A stretch of 64,000 bases of DNA from Promethearchaeota archaeon. GTDB lineage: Archaea; Asgardarchaeota; Lokiarchaeia; Sigyniarchaeales; SOKP01. Of the stretch, positions 11,278-21,135 are shown one piece after another (the first letter of the stretch is position 1; each line of letters begins with the position of its first letter). Under the pieces are notes generated by a model, which saw only the letters and a list, made by a program, of their open reading frames with translations, searched no databases and was not told the DNA's origin. The translations under genes were made by a program, and so were the position numbers. The stretch spans positions 16,998-80,997 of the forward strand of contig JBHLLU010000016.1 of the NCBI GenBank assembly GCA_048938895.1, given 5' to 3'.

Positions 11278-11858
11278 ATTACATCACCTCTTAAGGTTGT
11301 CTTAATATCGTTCAATTTATGGTTATTTTTTTCTATTTTAATGAATTGTTTATTAATCATTCCCTTTTCAACATATTTATCAATTATTTTTAATATAGAT
11401 TCTTGATCAATCGTCCTATTTATCGCTTTGTTTAAAATTGAAAGTTTTTGTAATAAACTTGGAATACTTATCTTGTTAGATTTAGAAATTTGTAATATAA
11501 CTTGTTTTTCTATAACATTAGGGAATATTTCTTTTGTTATATATTCAACATCATAGTTCGAGCTCAATACTAATTTCTCCTCTAACTTTGTAGCTGGAAT
11601 AACACTAGGTATAATTAGTTCTTCTTCAATATTATTATCGTTGGTTTGAGTTCTCTTTTTTATTATATTATTAACGGGTTCTATTCCCTTTACTTCGAAA
11701 TTCTCATCCACATAAGCAATTAATGATGCGTTACAGTGCTCAACTAGAAATTGAACAGGGAAACGATCCGATTTCAGAATAAACTCTTTATCTATATCAA
11801 AAATAATTGTCTTATTACAGATTGGACAATTACTCCTAATAGATATTTTCTCAGACAT
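11274..11858 (-). CDS. Hypothetical protein: N-terminal CxxC..HC Zn-binding domain plus C-terminal domain shared with the upstream GTPase
   Basis: CPIC...RFPV..VEHC; residues ~93-177 align without gaps to residues ~333-417 of 11960..13261. Confidence 0.7.
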   Translation of the reverse strand: MSEKISIRSNCPICNKTIIFDIDKEFILKSDRFPVQFLVEHCNASLIAYVDENFEVKGIEPVNNIIKKRTQTNDNNIEEELIIPSVIPATKLEEKLVLSSNYDVEYITKEIFPNVIEKQVILQISKSNKISIPSLLQKLSILNKAINRTIDQESILKIIDKYVEKGMINKQFIKIEKNNHKLNDIKTTLRGDVM

Positions 11859-11959
11859 TTCTTTTACCTTTATATCACTATATATAAGACAAGCTACTAA
11901 ATATGAAGAAAGTTAAAATAATAATAAAGTAATGGATATATAAATTTATTAAAAATAGA

Positions 11960-13261
11960 TCAAATATCTTCTTGTTGTGTAATATTTGATTTTTCAAATT
12001 GTTCTATATCTTTATCAAATTTTAAAATTTGTTTTTTAATTTGACCTTTTTGGATATATTTTTCAGTTATGTTTAACACTGTAGTTTTATCAATCTTTCT
12101 ATTGAGAGCTTTTTCTAAAGGTGCTATCTTATTCAATAGTATTGCTAAGCTTATTTCCTTATACCTAGCTATATTCTTTATTACGTTTTTCTCTAAAACA
12201 TTTGGTATGTTGCTTTTATCGACGGTTTCAACATCGATATTACAAATGAATACAATTTTTTCATCCTCAGTTAACTTTTGAATAAAATCAACTGTAATTG
12301 GTGTAGCAATAACTTTATCATCATAATCAAGAAAAAGATAATTAATTAAGTACTCAATCAATTCATTTAATCCTTGTTTAGTCCGCATTGATGATTCAAA
12401 GAATTGACAATTGTTATTTAAAGCTATTTTTTCAGCAATATTCTTGATCTCATATCTATTAGGTACAAGATCAATTTTATTTCCGACAATTAAAAAAGAC
12501 ACTTCTTTATTATCAACAAACTGATTTACTTCTGAAATCCAATCTTCAACTTCGTGGAGAGACTCTTCTCGGGAGTAATCAAACATTATTATTATGACAT
12601 CAGAATAATTGAAAAAATACCTTCTTATCTTTCCAAAACTTCTAAGACTTGATAAATCAAAAATGTTAATACTGAATTTACTACCTATCTTCGTTTCAAA
12701 TGATTTTTCAATTAAGGAAATTCCGATTGTAGGATGATAATCGTGAATAAAAGTATCATTACATAACCTCCTAACTAAAGCTGTTTTACCTACCGATTCA
12801 GATCCAATTATAATTAAATTTCTACTTCTTGATTTCAAAATAAGATTAGCTTCTTTATTGATACTTGGTAATTCACATGAAATGTCGAATTTATTTAAAC
12901 ATAAAGAAATTCTATCAGCCACGATATGAGCATAAGGAATATAATCATCTAAATGAGAATAAGGATCTCCGATTAACACTAACAATGCTCCCGGATTTTT
13001 CCCTAATTGAATATAGAATAATCGGAATTGATCGATGTCAAATGATCCACTCCCTAATTCTGATTGAGTAAATCTTTTTATTTTATTCAAGGTTTGGTCT
13101 AAAAGTGATGTAATACCACCAATTAACTCCTCATCAAATGTTTTTAATGAACTCTTTACTACAATAAATCCATTAAAATCAACAACTAGGGCAGATAATA
13201 GATCTGGAACTTCTCTTATGAAATTATCTAATAAAATCTGTAAATCCGATGATTTACTCAT
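11960..13261 (-). CDS. Roadblock/LC7 (MglB-like) domain + Rab/Ras-like small GTPase + C-terminal winged-helix-like domain
   Basis: N-terminal SALVVDFNGFIV roadblock pattern; G1 GSESVGKT, G2 YHPTIG, degenerate G3 DLSS, G4 GNKID, G5 ESSM. Confidence 0.85.
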   Translation of the reverse strand: MSKSSDLQILLDNFIREVPDLLSALVVDFNGFIVVKSSLKTFDEELIGGITSLLDQTLNKIKRFTQSELGSGSFDIDQFRLFYIQLGKNPGALLVLIGDPYSHLDDYIPYAHIVADRISLCLNKFDISCELPSINKEANLILKSRSRNLIIIGSESVGKTALVRRLCNDTFIHDYHPTIGISLIEKSFETKIGSKFSINIFDLSSLRSFGKIRRYFFNYSDVIIIMFDYSREESLHEVEDWISEVNQFVDNKEVSFLIVGNKIDLVPNRYEIKNIAEKIALNNNCQFFESSMRTKQGLNELIEYLINYLFLDYDDKVIATPITVDFIQKLTEDEKIVFICNIDVETVDKSNIPNVLEKNVIKNIARYKEISLAILLNKIAPLEKALNRKIDKTTVLNITEKYIQKGQIKKQILKFDKDIEQFEKSNITQQEDI

Positions 13262-13422
13262 AATTTTATTACATATAAAGATTTAATTAAATATTTAGTT
13301 AATTTTTAATAAATATTGACAAATAAAAAGAAGAAAACATAATTTATATAATATTTTTCACGATAGGTATAGTAATCATTCATAATTCAAAGCATAAAAA
13401 GAAAAAATATAAAATTGAAAAT

Positions 13423-15285
13423 TTATCCTTTAATCTCTTTTCCTTGATTAAGTTTATCAAAATCCTTTTCTTGAAGTTCCCTTCTCTGAACCTTTCCAGT
13501 CATGCTCACTGGCATTTTTCTAACGAATTCAATATATTTTGGACTTTTCCATTTCGCCATGTTCTCTCTTGCCCATTCTTTTAGCTGTTCGCTCTCGATG
13601 TCTCTTCCTGCCTTAAAGCCTTTCTTGAGAGTAATCCATGCTTTTACTGCTTCTCCAGTCATCTCATCCGGAATACTGGCTACAGCAACTTCATCCACCA
13701 TTTCATGATGACCTAGCAAATCTTCAACTTCTTTTGGAAATACAGAATGACCAGAAACCTTTATCAGAGATTTCTTTCTGTCTCGTATTTCCACAAAACC
13801 ATGTTCGTCCATGAAGCCGATATCGCCAGTTAAAAGCCATCTTTTTCCGTTCCACGTTTTCAAATTATCTTCTTGTTCTTTCTGAATTCCTAAATAACCC
13901 ATCATCACATGAGGTCCAGCAATGCAAATCTCACCCGTATTTTCGACTCCAAAACCTCCTTTAGCTTTTGTTCCATCAGCAATAGGACCTGCCTCAAAAT
14001 TATCAGAAGGAAAGATAGCCCAATCCGCACCAGGCATGGGTAATCCTAATTTCCCCGTTTTAGTCAGTCCCCAGAAAGGAGCTACGCTGTGAATAGGAGA
14101 GGTCTCCGTTAATCCATATCCTACTCGAATCGGACAAAAAATCTCTTCGAATGGTATTCTCACATAATCGTGTAAGGGTCCTGCACCACTTGTACAATAT
14201 TTAAGTTTCTTCCAAAAATTGTATTTCTCCTTAAATTTTTCTACACCCATACTTTGTACGAATTCTGTTAGTCTTTTGAATAGCATTTCAACTCCTACGT
14301 AAATAATCCCTTCAGGAGCATCTAATTTATTTATTACTTCACAAAGAGTTTCATCATCTGGAGGTTTTGGAAATAGAAGCATCTGCATACCTAGTGAGAG
14401 AGCTCCATTCATTACGCATGTCATCCCAAAACTATGGAAAAAGGGGATACTTCCTATAGTTATCATTCCAGGGCTTAATTTTACCCATTCTTTAACCATA
14501 TAGATGTTAGCTACTAAATTGGCATGACTAAGCATCGCTACCTTAGGTAATCCCGTAGTCCCACCAGTCATAAGGTAAACAGCAGGTGTGGTCCATGGAT
14601 CTATATCAACCTTTATTTCTTTGGATATAGTATTATTCATAATATCATCCATCCAATGCACTTTATAATGTTCTGTCTCAGTTGGTAGTTTGTCTCGTGC
14701 ATTAGGAATTCCTAAAGTTTGAATTGTTGCATCATCCGCAGTTAAGAAATCTACAAAATTTGTTGGAATTACGTGTTTAACACTTGTTTTTGGAAGTATA
14801 TCCTTAGGGCCAGCGATATAGAGCATATCCATCATTACAAAAACTTTTGCATTAGTCATAGCTAAAGAATGTAAAAGTTCCAAAGGACGATATGTTGGAT
14901 TTATACCTTGGGCTATTGCTCCAATATATTGGCAGCCCATATAAGCAACAACAAAATTTATAGAATTAGGCAAATCAATCGCCACCACATCTCCTTGTCT
15001 AATACCCAAAGTATCATACATAAAAGTTCCAAATTTTTTAGCGTATTCAAAGAGAGTTCTTAACTTTACTCGTTCCATATATGGTCCATACACAAAAATA
15101 CAGAGATCGTTGTCTATCGATCCATAATAATCCGCAGCATGTAGATATCCCTCCCACATTGGGGTGATTTCCACACCATCGACATCTTTTAATTGCTTTG
15201 GAACTCCTTCTGGCCAATATCCCTCTGTAAACCAGACTTTATTCTCATCAACTAGAAAATCATCTAAACTTGGCATATTTTTCAC
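13423..15285 (-). CDS. Long-chain fatty acid-CoA ligase (AMP-binding); the true start may be the ATG of MPSL
   Basis: MTGGTTGLPK, GYGLTETSP, TGDIG, DRKKSLIKVSG, TGKVQRREL. Confidence 0.92.
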   Translation of the reverse strand: MKNMPSLDDFLVDENKVWFTEGYWPEGVPKQLKDVDGVEITPMWEGYLHAADYYGSIDNDLCIFVYGPYMERVKLRTLFEYAKKFGTFMYDTLGIRQGDVVAIDLPNSINFVVAYMGCQYIGAIAQGINPTYRPLELLHSLAMTNAKVFVMMDMLYIAGPKDILPKTSVKHVIPTNFVDFLTADDATIQTLGIPNARDKLPTETEHYKVHWMDDIMNNTISKEIKVDIDPWTTPAVYLMTGGTTGLPKVAMLSHANLVANIYMVKEWVKLSPGMITIGSIPFFHSFGMTCVMNGALSLGMQMLLFPKPPDDETLCEVINKLDAPEGIIYVGVEMLFKRLTEFVQSMGVEKFKEKYNFWKKLKYCTSGAGPLHDYVRIPFEEIFCPIRVGYGLTETSPIHSVAPFWGLTKTGKLGLPMPGADWAIFPSDNFEAGPIADGTKAKGGFGVENTGEICIAGPHVMMGYLGIQKEQEDNLKTWNGKRWLLTGDIGFMDEHGFVEIRDRKKSLIKVSGHSVFPKEVEDLLGHHEMVDEVAVASIPDEMTGEAVKAWITLKKGFKAGRDIESEQLKEWARENMAKWKSPKYIEFVRKMPVSMTGKVQRRELQEKDFDKLNQGKEIKG

Positions 15286-15573
15286 ATTTTAAGATAAAGC
15301 TTATTTTAAAATTGTTGATTTTAAATTAATTTACAATAATATAATAATTTAACTTGGATAGGAATATGTTCGTATTGTAAGGATGTACATTTTTAATATA
15401 AGAAGGGCTTCAACAGATAGAATATGAAGAAAATAAGTTAACTTTCAAGCAATTTGAGTTCGTTTCTAGAATCTCTTTCGTCTTTTTATGAAATAATACG
15501 CATTAATAAAAAGTAATATACCCACTACTACCCATTGATATTATAAATATTTTATTTATATTTTGGTATTAAA

Positions 15574-16431
15574 ATGAAATTTAAGAAAAAACTTTCTGAG
15601 AAACTAAGAGATGTATTGACACCACAGGAACTTTCAGTTCTTCCGCGTGGTTTTCAAACTTTAGGAGATATCATAATTTTCAAATTAAATCCTATGTTAA
15701 ATAGTAAAAAAGAAATAGTTGGGAACGCCTACTTAGATTTACTTCCTAGTATAAGATCCGTCTATATTAATAAAGGAAAAATAGTAGGCACTTTTAGAGA
15801 GCCAGAAGAAATTGAATTTTTAGCAGGTATAAATGACCCAATTGTAGAGCATAAGGAACATGGAATACGATATCGATTTGATGTTACTAAAATCATGTTC
15901 AGCAAGGGAAATTTAAAGGAAAGAAAATTCTTAGCAACTTTAGTAGAAACAGGAGAAATAGTAGTAGATATGTTTGCAGGAATTGGTTACTTTTCATTAC
16001 CAATCGGAAAACATTCAGAAGTGAAAAGAATATACAGTATAGAACTTAATCCAGATGCTTTTAAGTATCTTATCGAAAATATCAGGATAAATCATTTAGA
16101 AGAAAAAATTATGGCAATCAATGGTGATTGCAAGAATGAAGTCTTAAAATTAAGTAAATCCGGTATAAGAGCTGACCGTGTTATCATGGGAATATTCCCA
16201 GCTCCTATAGATTATATAAAAGAAGCATTAACATTAACCAAAAAGGAGGGTACTATTTATCATTTTGAGGGTGTGGTTGAAAAAGATAAACATTTATCAC
16301 TTTTTGAGGATTTTAATGAAATAGCTACTAATGAACATTACAAGAGCGATTTAAAATCTTTTAGATATATAAAAAGTTATGGACCAAATTTATTTCATGT
16401 TGTTTTAGATATATTTGTATTAAAAAATTAG
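15574..16431 (+). CDS. taw2: Trm5/Tyw2-family SAM-dependent tRNA-modifying enzyme, likely Taw2
   Basis: HKEHGIRYRFDVTKIMFSKGNLKER, VDMFAGIGYFSL, ELNPDAF, ADRVIMG. Confidence 0.75.
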   Translation: MKFKKKLSEKLRDVLTPQELSVLPRGFQTLGDIIIFKLNPMLNSKKEIVGNAYLDLLPSIRSVYINKGKIVGTFREPEEIEFLAGINDPIVEHKEHGIRYRFDVTKIMFSKGNLKERKFLATLVETGEIVVDMFAGIGYFSLPIGKHSEVKRIYSIELNPDAFKYLIENIRINHLEEKIMAINGDCKNEVLKLSKSGIRADRVIMGIFPAPIDYIKEALTLTKKEGTIYHFEGVVEKDKHLSLFEDFNEIATNEHYKSDLKSFRYIKSYGPNLFHVVLDIFVLKN

Positions 16432-16530
16432 ATAATTTTATTTAAGGAATAAGAGAAATATAACTTATAAGGGACATGGAATGAGGTTTTTTTTTTAATA
16501 AAAACTCAATATTAAAGGATATGAACTAAT

Positions 16531-17787
16531 TTGACAAGAGAAGTAATTATTGGGCTTGATTATAGCCATGGTAATATATTAACCATAGAAGCGTCCAGTT
16601 TTGCCGAATTTACACAATTTTTATTTACTTCGGGTTATAAAATCGGAAAAATAGAAACTGGATTTAACTCTATTTCCGAATTAAGAAAATACAGAGTTAT
16701 TATATTATCCACGCCTAAGAATTCAAAACTCAGTCCAAATGAAATTGAGAATCTTAAGAAATACGTGAAGGGAGGAGGTAATCTTTTAATAACTAGTTCT
16801 AGTGGTGGCGATTATGGAAATAATACGAATTTAAATGAACTGACTCAAAATTTTGGTTTTGAATTTTTAAATGATGAAATAAATGATTCAGTGAATTTTG
16901 TTCATCTTCAAAAAAGACCTCTAATAACAAATTTTAAACCTCACATTGTCACTGAACAAATAAAGAAAGTTGTTTTTTCGAGTTCATGTTCTATTCATAC
17001 TTTGGATTTCATCGATGATGAGAAAAATATCAAAGTAGATGGTATCCTCATCTCTGGGTTAAATAGCTGGCATAGAATATATAATGGAGAAGACTGGGTT
17101 GAGGAAGATAGTCCTAAAGTTCCTCTTTTAGCAGCATCAGAATATTATGCAGGAAAAGTTGTTGGATTTGGTAATATAAGTATATTTTCTTCATTGGCTA
17201 GAGAATATGGTTTTAGTGCTTTTGATAATGATATATTGATTGCGAACATCATTAATTGGTTGATAGGTACTTTAGAATCTGAAGGAAAGGCAGTAACAAT
17301 AGAGCTAAATCTTGATTTATTTTATTGGGCAGAAAAAGTAGTAAAGGAGGAAAAATGGGATGGCATCTCAGATCTTATTAATGTTAGTCTCAAGTACTTT
17401 AAAGATAATTACAAGAGTATTATAGAAGAAATAAAGAAAATTAGACAAGAAAAGCTAGAGAAAAAGAAAGCTTATGAAAAAGCAAAAAAGGAAGCTGAAA
17501 AGGAAGTTACTGATGAAGAAGTACTGGAAAGGATCCCTATTTTTGAAAGAAAAAAAGAAGATCTTGTTGACATTATAAGCGAATTAGAAGAAGTTACTGG
17601 AGAACATTATGAGCTCTCAATAGATTTAGGAGAGGAAGAAGAACAACTAATAGACGAATCAACTCACTTAAGTTATACGAATGATGATATTGTTGAGTTT
17701 GAACGTGGATTTCCCAAGAAAGCGATATGGAAAGGTCAAGCTACTATCGCGTTTAAAACTTGGTTAAAAAAGAAATATAAAACTTAG
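16531..17787 (+). CDS. GIFT/IFT52-GldG-like domain protein with ribbon-helix-helix-like segment, coiled coil and C-terminal Trp motif
   Basis: LDYSHG, LSPNEIENLKKYVKGGGNLLI, NLNELTQNFG, GKVVGFG, DNDILIANIINWL. Confidence 0.65.
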   Translation: MTREVIIGLDYSHGNILTIEASSFAEFTQFLFTSGYKIGKIETGFNSISELRKYRVIILSTPKNSKLSPNEIENLKKYVKGGGNLLITSSSGGDYGNNTNLNELTQNFGFEFLNDEINDSVNFVHLQKRPLITNFKPHIVTEQIKKVVFSSSCSIHTLDFIDDEKNIKVDGILISGLNSWHRIYNGEDWVEEDSPKVPLLAASEYYAGKVVGFGNISIFSSLAREYGFSAFDNDILIANIINWLIGTLESEGKAVTIELNLDLFYWAEKVVKEEKWDGISDLINVSLKYFKDNYKSIIEEIKKIRQEKLEKKKAYEKAKKEAEKEVTDEEVLERIPIFERKKEDLVDIISELEEVTGEHYELSIDLGEEEEQLIDESTHLSYTNDDIVEFERGFPKKAIWKGQATIAFKTWLKKKYKT

Positions 17788-17871
17788 CCAAAAGATTGCT
17801 TAATTCAAATAATTGAAAAATAGATATGGGATCTTTGATTCAATATTCTTGATAAATAAATTTCTTTAATT

Positions 17872-19281
17872 ATGGATAGGTTTATTTTTGTTTTAGGGTC
17901 AAATTGGCAGCTTTCTATAGCAGAACTTGATAATTACCTTTGCTATTCTCCAAATAAGGGTAAAATTATTGATTACTCAGCAAATATCGCTATAGTTGAA
18001 TTTGAAGAATTACATAAAAAACAATTTTATGTAAATGATTTAATGGAAATACAATTTATTTTAGGGGGATGTCAGAAGATCGCTCGTATATTTGATTTTA
18101 TTGATATAGAGACAATTCAAAATGGCTTTCCCTCTAAAATTGAGAAATATTCAAATATAGAAACAGCACGTAAAAAAATTATAAATAAAATTGACAAAAT
18201 TCTTATAGGAAAAGATTTAATCTTCCCCAAAGTTTATGAAAGTATGTTCTTCGCAATATCAATTTATCCCAACCTGTTTGATGATGAATATTATTCTGAC
18301 ATTTTAGTAAAACATTTTCTACCATTTCTCAATAAGGAACTTATGAGAAAATTAAAACAAAAGGGCGCAATAAAAACACTTTATTACAAATATCCAGAAA
18401 AAAATATGAAATCTGGGAACTTAAATCCTTTATTTCCTCATAACGTAATAAAATATGATCTGTTAACAGAAAATCGAGCTGAAATTATTTTTGGGTTCAC
18501 AGATGATGGTTTATATATCGCAAGAACATTTACGGTTGATAACCCTAGTTTTAAGAGGAAAATCGATGAAGAACGCCCCTTTAAAGAATTTAAAAGTAGT
18601 ATTTCTCCTAAATTAACTCTTATTATGTTAAATTTTTTAAATTTATTTGAAAAAAGAGAAAACATGAAAATTCTCGATCCTTTTGTAGGAAATGGTACCA
18701 TTTTTTTATTCAGTCTCTTACAAGAATTTCAAATCTACGGCTCTGATATTGATGAGAGAAAGGTGAAAAATGCAATTCGTAATGTAAATTGGTTATTCGA
18801 ATTACTAGAAGAAGAAATTCCATTTTTTATCAATAACAGAATAATAAATGCGGATATAAAGGAATTGTCTCACCATTTTGAAGATTTGGATGGAATTTTA
18901 ACAGAACCAGAATTAGGACCATATTATTTAGAAAAACCTTATTATCTTCAAGTAAAAAACGTTTTTGAGACAAAACTAAAACCTTTATACAATGATTTTT
19001 TTAGAGAAGCTTACAAAGTATTGAAGAATAAAAGAAGAATTTGCCTTATTGCCCCAATTATCAATACAGTTGATGAAGATGACATTCAAATGGATATTAA
19101 AAAGATTGCTCTTGAAAATAATTTTAAACAGATTCCACTCCTTAATCCTGATAGGTTTTTTCAAAAATTAAATCCAAAGCTTCAGATTTTAAAGAAATCC
19201 CATAAAACACTAATTGACGCTAAAAAAGGTCAGATAGTTAAAAGAAAGATTTTTGTTTTTGAAAAAAATGAGAAAAAATGA
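17872..19281 (+). CDS. Trm11/TrmG10-like RNA methyltransferase
   Basis: SISPKL, ILDPFVGNGT, GSDID, and TEPELG in place of the usual DPPYG. Confidence 0.7.
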   Translation: MDRFIFVLGSNWQLSIAELDNYLCYSPNKGKIIDYSANIAIVEFEELHKKQFYVNDLMEIQFILGGCQKIARIFDFIDIETIQNGFPSKIEKYSNIETARKKIINKIDKILIGKDLIFPKVYESMFFAISIYPNLFDDEYYSDILVKHFLPFLNKELMRKLKQKGAIKTLYYKYPEKNMKSGNLNPLFPHNVIKYDLLTENRAEIIFGFTDDGLYIARTFTVDNPSFKRKIDEERPFKEFKSSISPKLTLIMLNFLNLFEKRENMKILDPFVGNGTIFLFSLLQEFQIYGSDIDERKVKNAIRNVNWLFELLEEEIPFFINNRIINADIKELSHHFEDLDGILTEPELGPYYLEKPYYLQVKNVFETKLKPLYNDFFREAYKVLKNKRRICLIAPIINTVDEDDIQMDIKKIALENNFKQIPLLNPDRFFQKLNPKLQILKKSHKTLIDAKKGQIVKRKIFVFEKNEKK

Positions 19282-19937
19282 ATTATAAACAAATTTTAGA
19301 TAAAATCAGAGCTTCCCTGAAAGGAAAGGCACATCTTGATGAATTAACAATAACAAAACAAGATCCTTTTAAAATTTTGATATCAACAATATTGTCTGCT
19401 AGAACTAGAGATTCTAATACTAAACTTGCAACTGAACGACTTTTCTCGAAATTTCCTACTCCTAAGTTAATTGCTGAAGCGGATTTAGAAGAACTTGAAG
19501 ATCTTGTGAAAATCTCAGGTTTTTATAAAGTAAAGGCAGCACGTATAAAAGATGTTTCTAAAATAATAAAAAATAAATATAATGGAGAAGTTCCTGATAA
19601 TTATGAAGAATTGATTAATCTCCCTGGGGTGGGTGCGAAGACAGCAAATTGTGTGTTAGTTTATGCATTTAAAATTCCAGCAATTCCAGTTGATACTCAT
19701 GTACATAGGATAAGTAATCGTTTGGGTTGGGTAAATACAAGAAATCCTGATAGTACGGAGCAAGCTTTAAAGAAAAAATTACCAACGGAATTATGGATAA
19801 ATGTAAATAGATTATTTGTCAGATTTGGTCAGCAGATATGTTTACCTAATCGCCCCAAATGTGATATTTGTCCTATAAACGAGTGTTGTCCTAAAGATTT
19901 TACAATGGAAAACTCAATGAAAAAGAAAAAGAAATAA
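19278..19937 (+). CDS. nth: Endonuclease III (HhH-GPD glycosylase, 4Fe-4S)
   Basis: ILSARTRD, LPGVGAKTA, PVDTHV, C-x6-C-x2-C-x5-C. Confidence 0.95.
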   Translation: MNYKQILDKIRASLKGKAHLDELTITKQDPFKILISTILSARTRDSNTKLATERLFSKFPTPKLIAEADLEELEDLVKISGFYKVKAARIKDVSKIIKNKYNGEVPDNYEELINLPGVGAKTANCVLVYAFKIPAIPVDTHVHRISNRLGWVNTRNPDSTEQALKKKLPTELWINVNRLFVRFGQQICLPNRPKCDICPINECCPKDFTMENSMKKKKK

Positions 19938-19957
19938 ACTCATTAAAAAAAGAGATT

Positions 19958-20428
19958 ATGATGAAGAAACGATATGATGCTTTCTGTGGTTTGTATTGTG
20001 GTGCTTGTGAAATATTTCTTATGAATGAACTCGGTAGAATTAAAGAAAAAGCTAAAGAATGGGATATGAAGATTGAAGACTTAGAATGTTTTGGGTGTAA
20101 AAGTAATCAAAATGCAATATATTGTAGAGATTGCTTTTTTAAAGAATGTGCTGCATCAAAAGAACTTGATTTTTGTGTAGAATGTATTGATTTTCCATGC
20201 AATAAACTTCGAGATTTCAGAAATGATAAATTTCCTCATCATTCTATCGTACTGAAGAATTTAGAGATCATTAAAGAAAAAGGTTACAAATATTGGTTGG
20301 TGGATCAAGAAAATAGATGGAAATGTAAAAAATGTGGATTAAAATTTACGTGGTACGAAGAATCGTGTGATAATTGCGGAGAAAAATTATATAATTGCAT
20401 AGAAGAAGAAAAAAATCAGATAAGTTAA
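19958..20428 (+). CDS. DUF3795-family Cys-rich protein
   Basis: CGLYCGAC, CFGC, FCVECIDFPC, RWKCKKCG. Confidence 0.8.
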   Translation: MMKKRYDAFCGLYCGACEIFLMNELGRIKEKAKEWDMKIEDLECFGCKSNQNAIYCRDCFFKECAASKELDFCVECIDFPCNKLRDFRNDKFPHHSIVLKNLEIIKEKGYKYWLVDQENRWKCKKCGLKFTWYEESCDNCGEKLYNCIEEEKNQIS

Positions 20429-20443
20429 TTGAAATAAATATTT

Positions 20444-21034
20444 CTACCAATATACATTATATTTTCTATTTTTTCTATAGTAAAACAAATATCCAAACAG
20501 GATTCCACCTAAAAGACCTAGAATATGAGCCCATATATTAATACCGGGAAGGAACGAGGCAATAATATAATAAAACACATATATTAATGCAAAGGGCAAC
20601 ATAGATTGATCTTCAGTTATAATCATTAGCACCATTACACCTAATAATCCAAAAATTGCTCCTGAAGCCCCTAAACTAATGACATCAAGGGGTAATAGAA
20701 ATAAAGAAAAAAGGTTTCCAATTACACCTGAAATAAGATATATAAATATATATTGGAGACTAGTTATTCTTAAATTTAATTCAATAACAGAGCCAAATAT
20801 CAATAAGGCAAACATATTGGAAAATAAATGTATTAGATCGGCATGGAAAAAAATTGGAGTTATAAGTCTCCATATTTCAAAGTTGAATAATATGTTTCTG
20901 TTAATTTGAACAAATAATAAAAGATATTCGACTGGTAAGAAAATATTAAAAATGATAAAGAAAATGCTATTAATTGCAATTAAACATAGGGTAATTTTTG
21001 CATCTTTTATCTTATCTACATCTAAAAGAATCAT
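20444..21034 (-). CDS. Rhomboid intramembrane serine protease
   Basis: WRLIT, HADLIHLFSN, GASG, AHILG. Confidence 0.92.
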   Translation of the reverse strand: MILLDVDKIKDAKITLCLIAINSIFFIIFNIFLPVEYLLLFVQINRNILFNFEIWRLITPIFFHADLIHLFSNMFALLIFGSVIELNLRITSLQYIFIYLISGVIGNLFSLFLLPLDVISLGASGAIFGLLGVMVLMIITEDQSMLPFALIYVFYYIIASFLPGINIWAHILGLLGGILFGYLFYYRKNRKYNVYW

Positions 21035-21135
21035 AATTTCAAATCTCTATTAATGTAGAATTGAACTAAACAGTTAAAAATTATTATAACAAAATATAAT
21101 AAACTAGTTTTATATTATTCTTTTAACACCATTAG

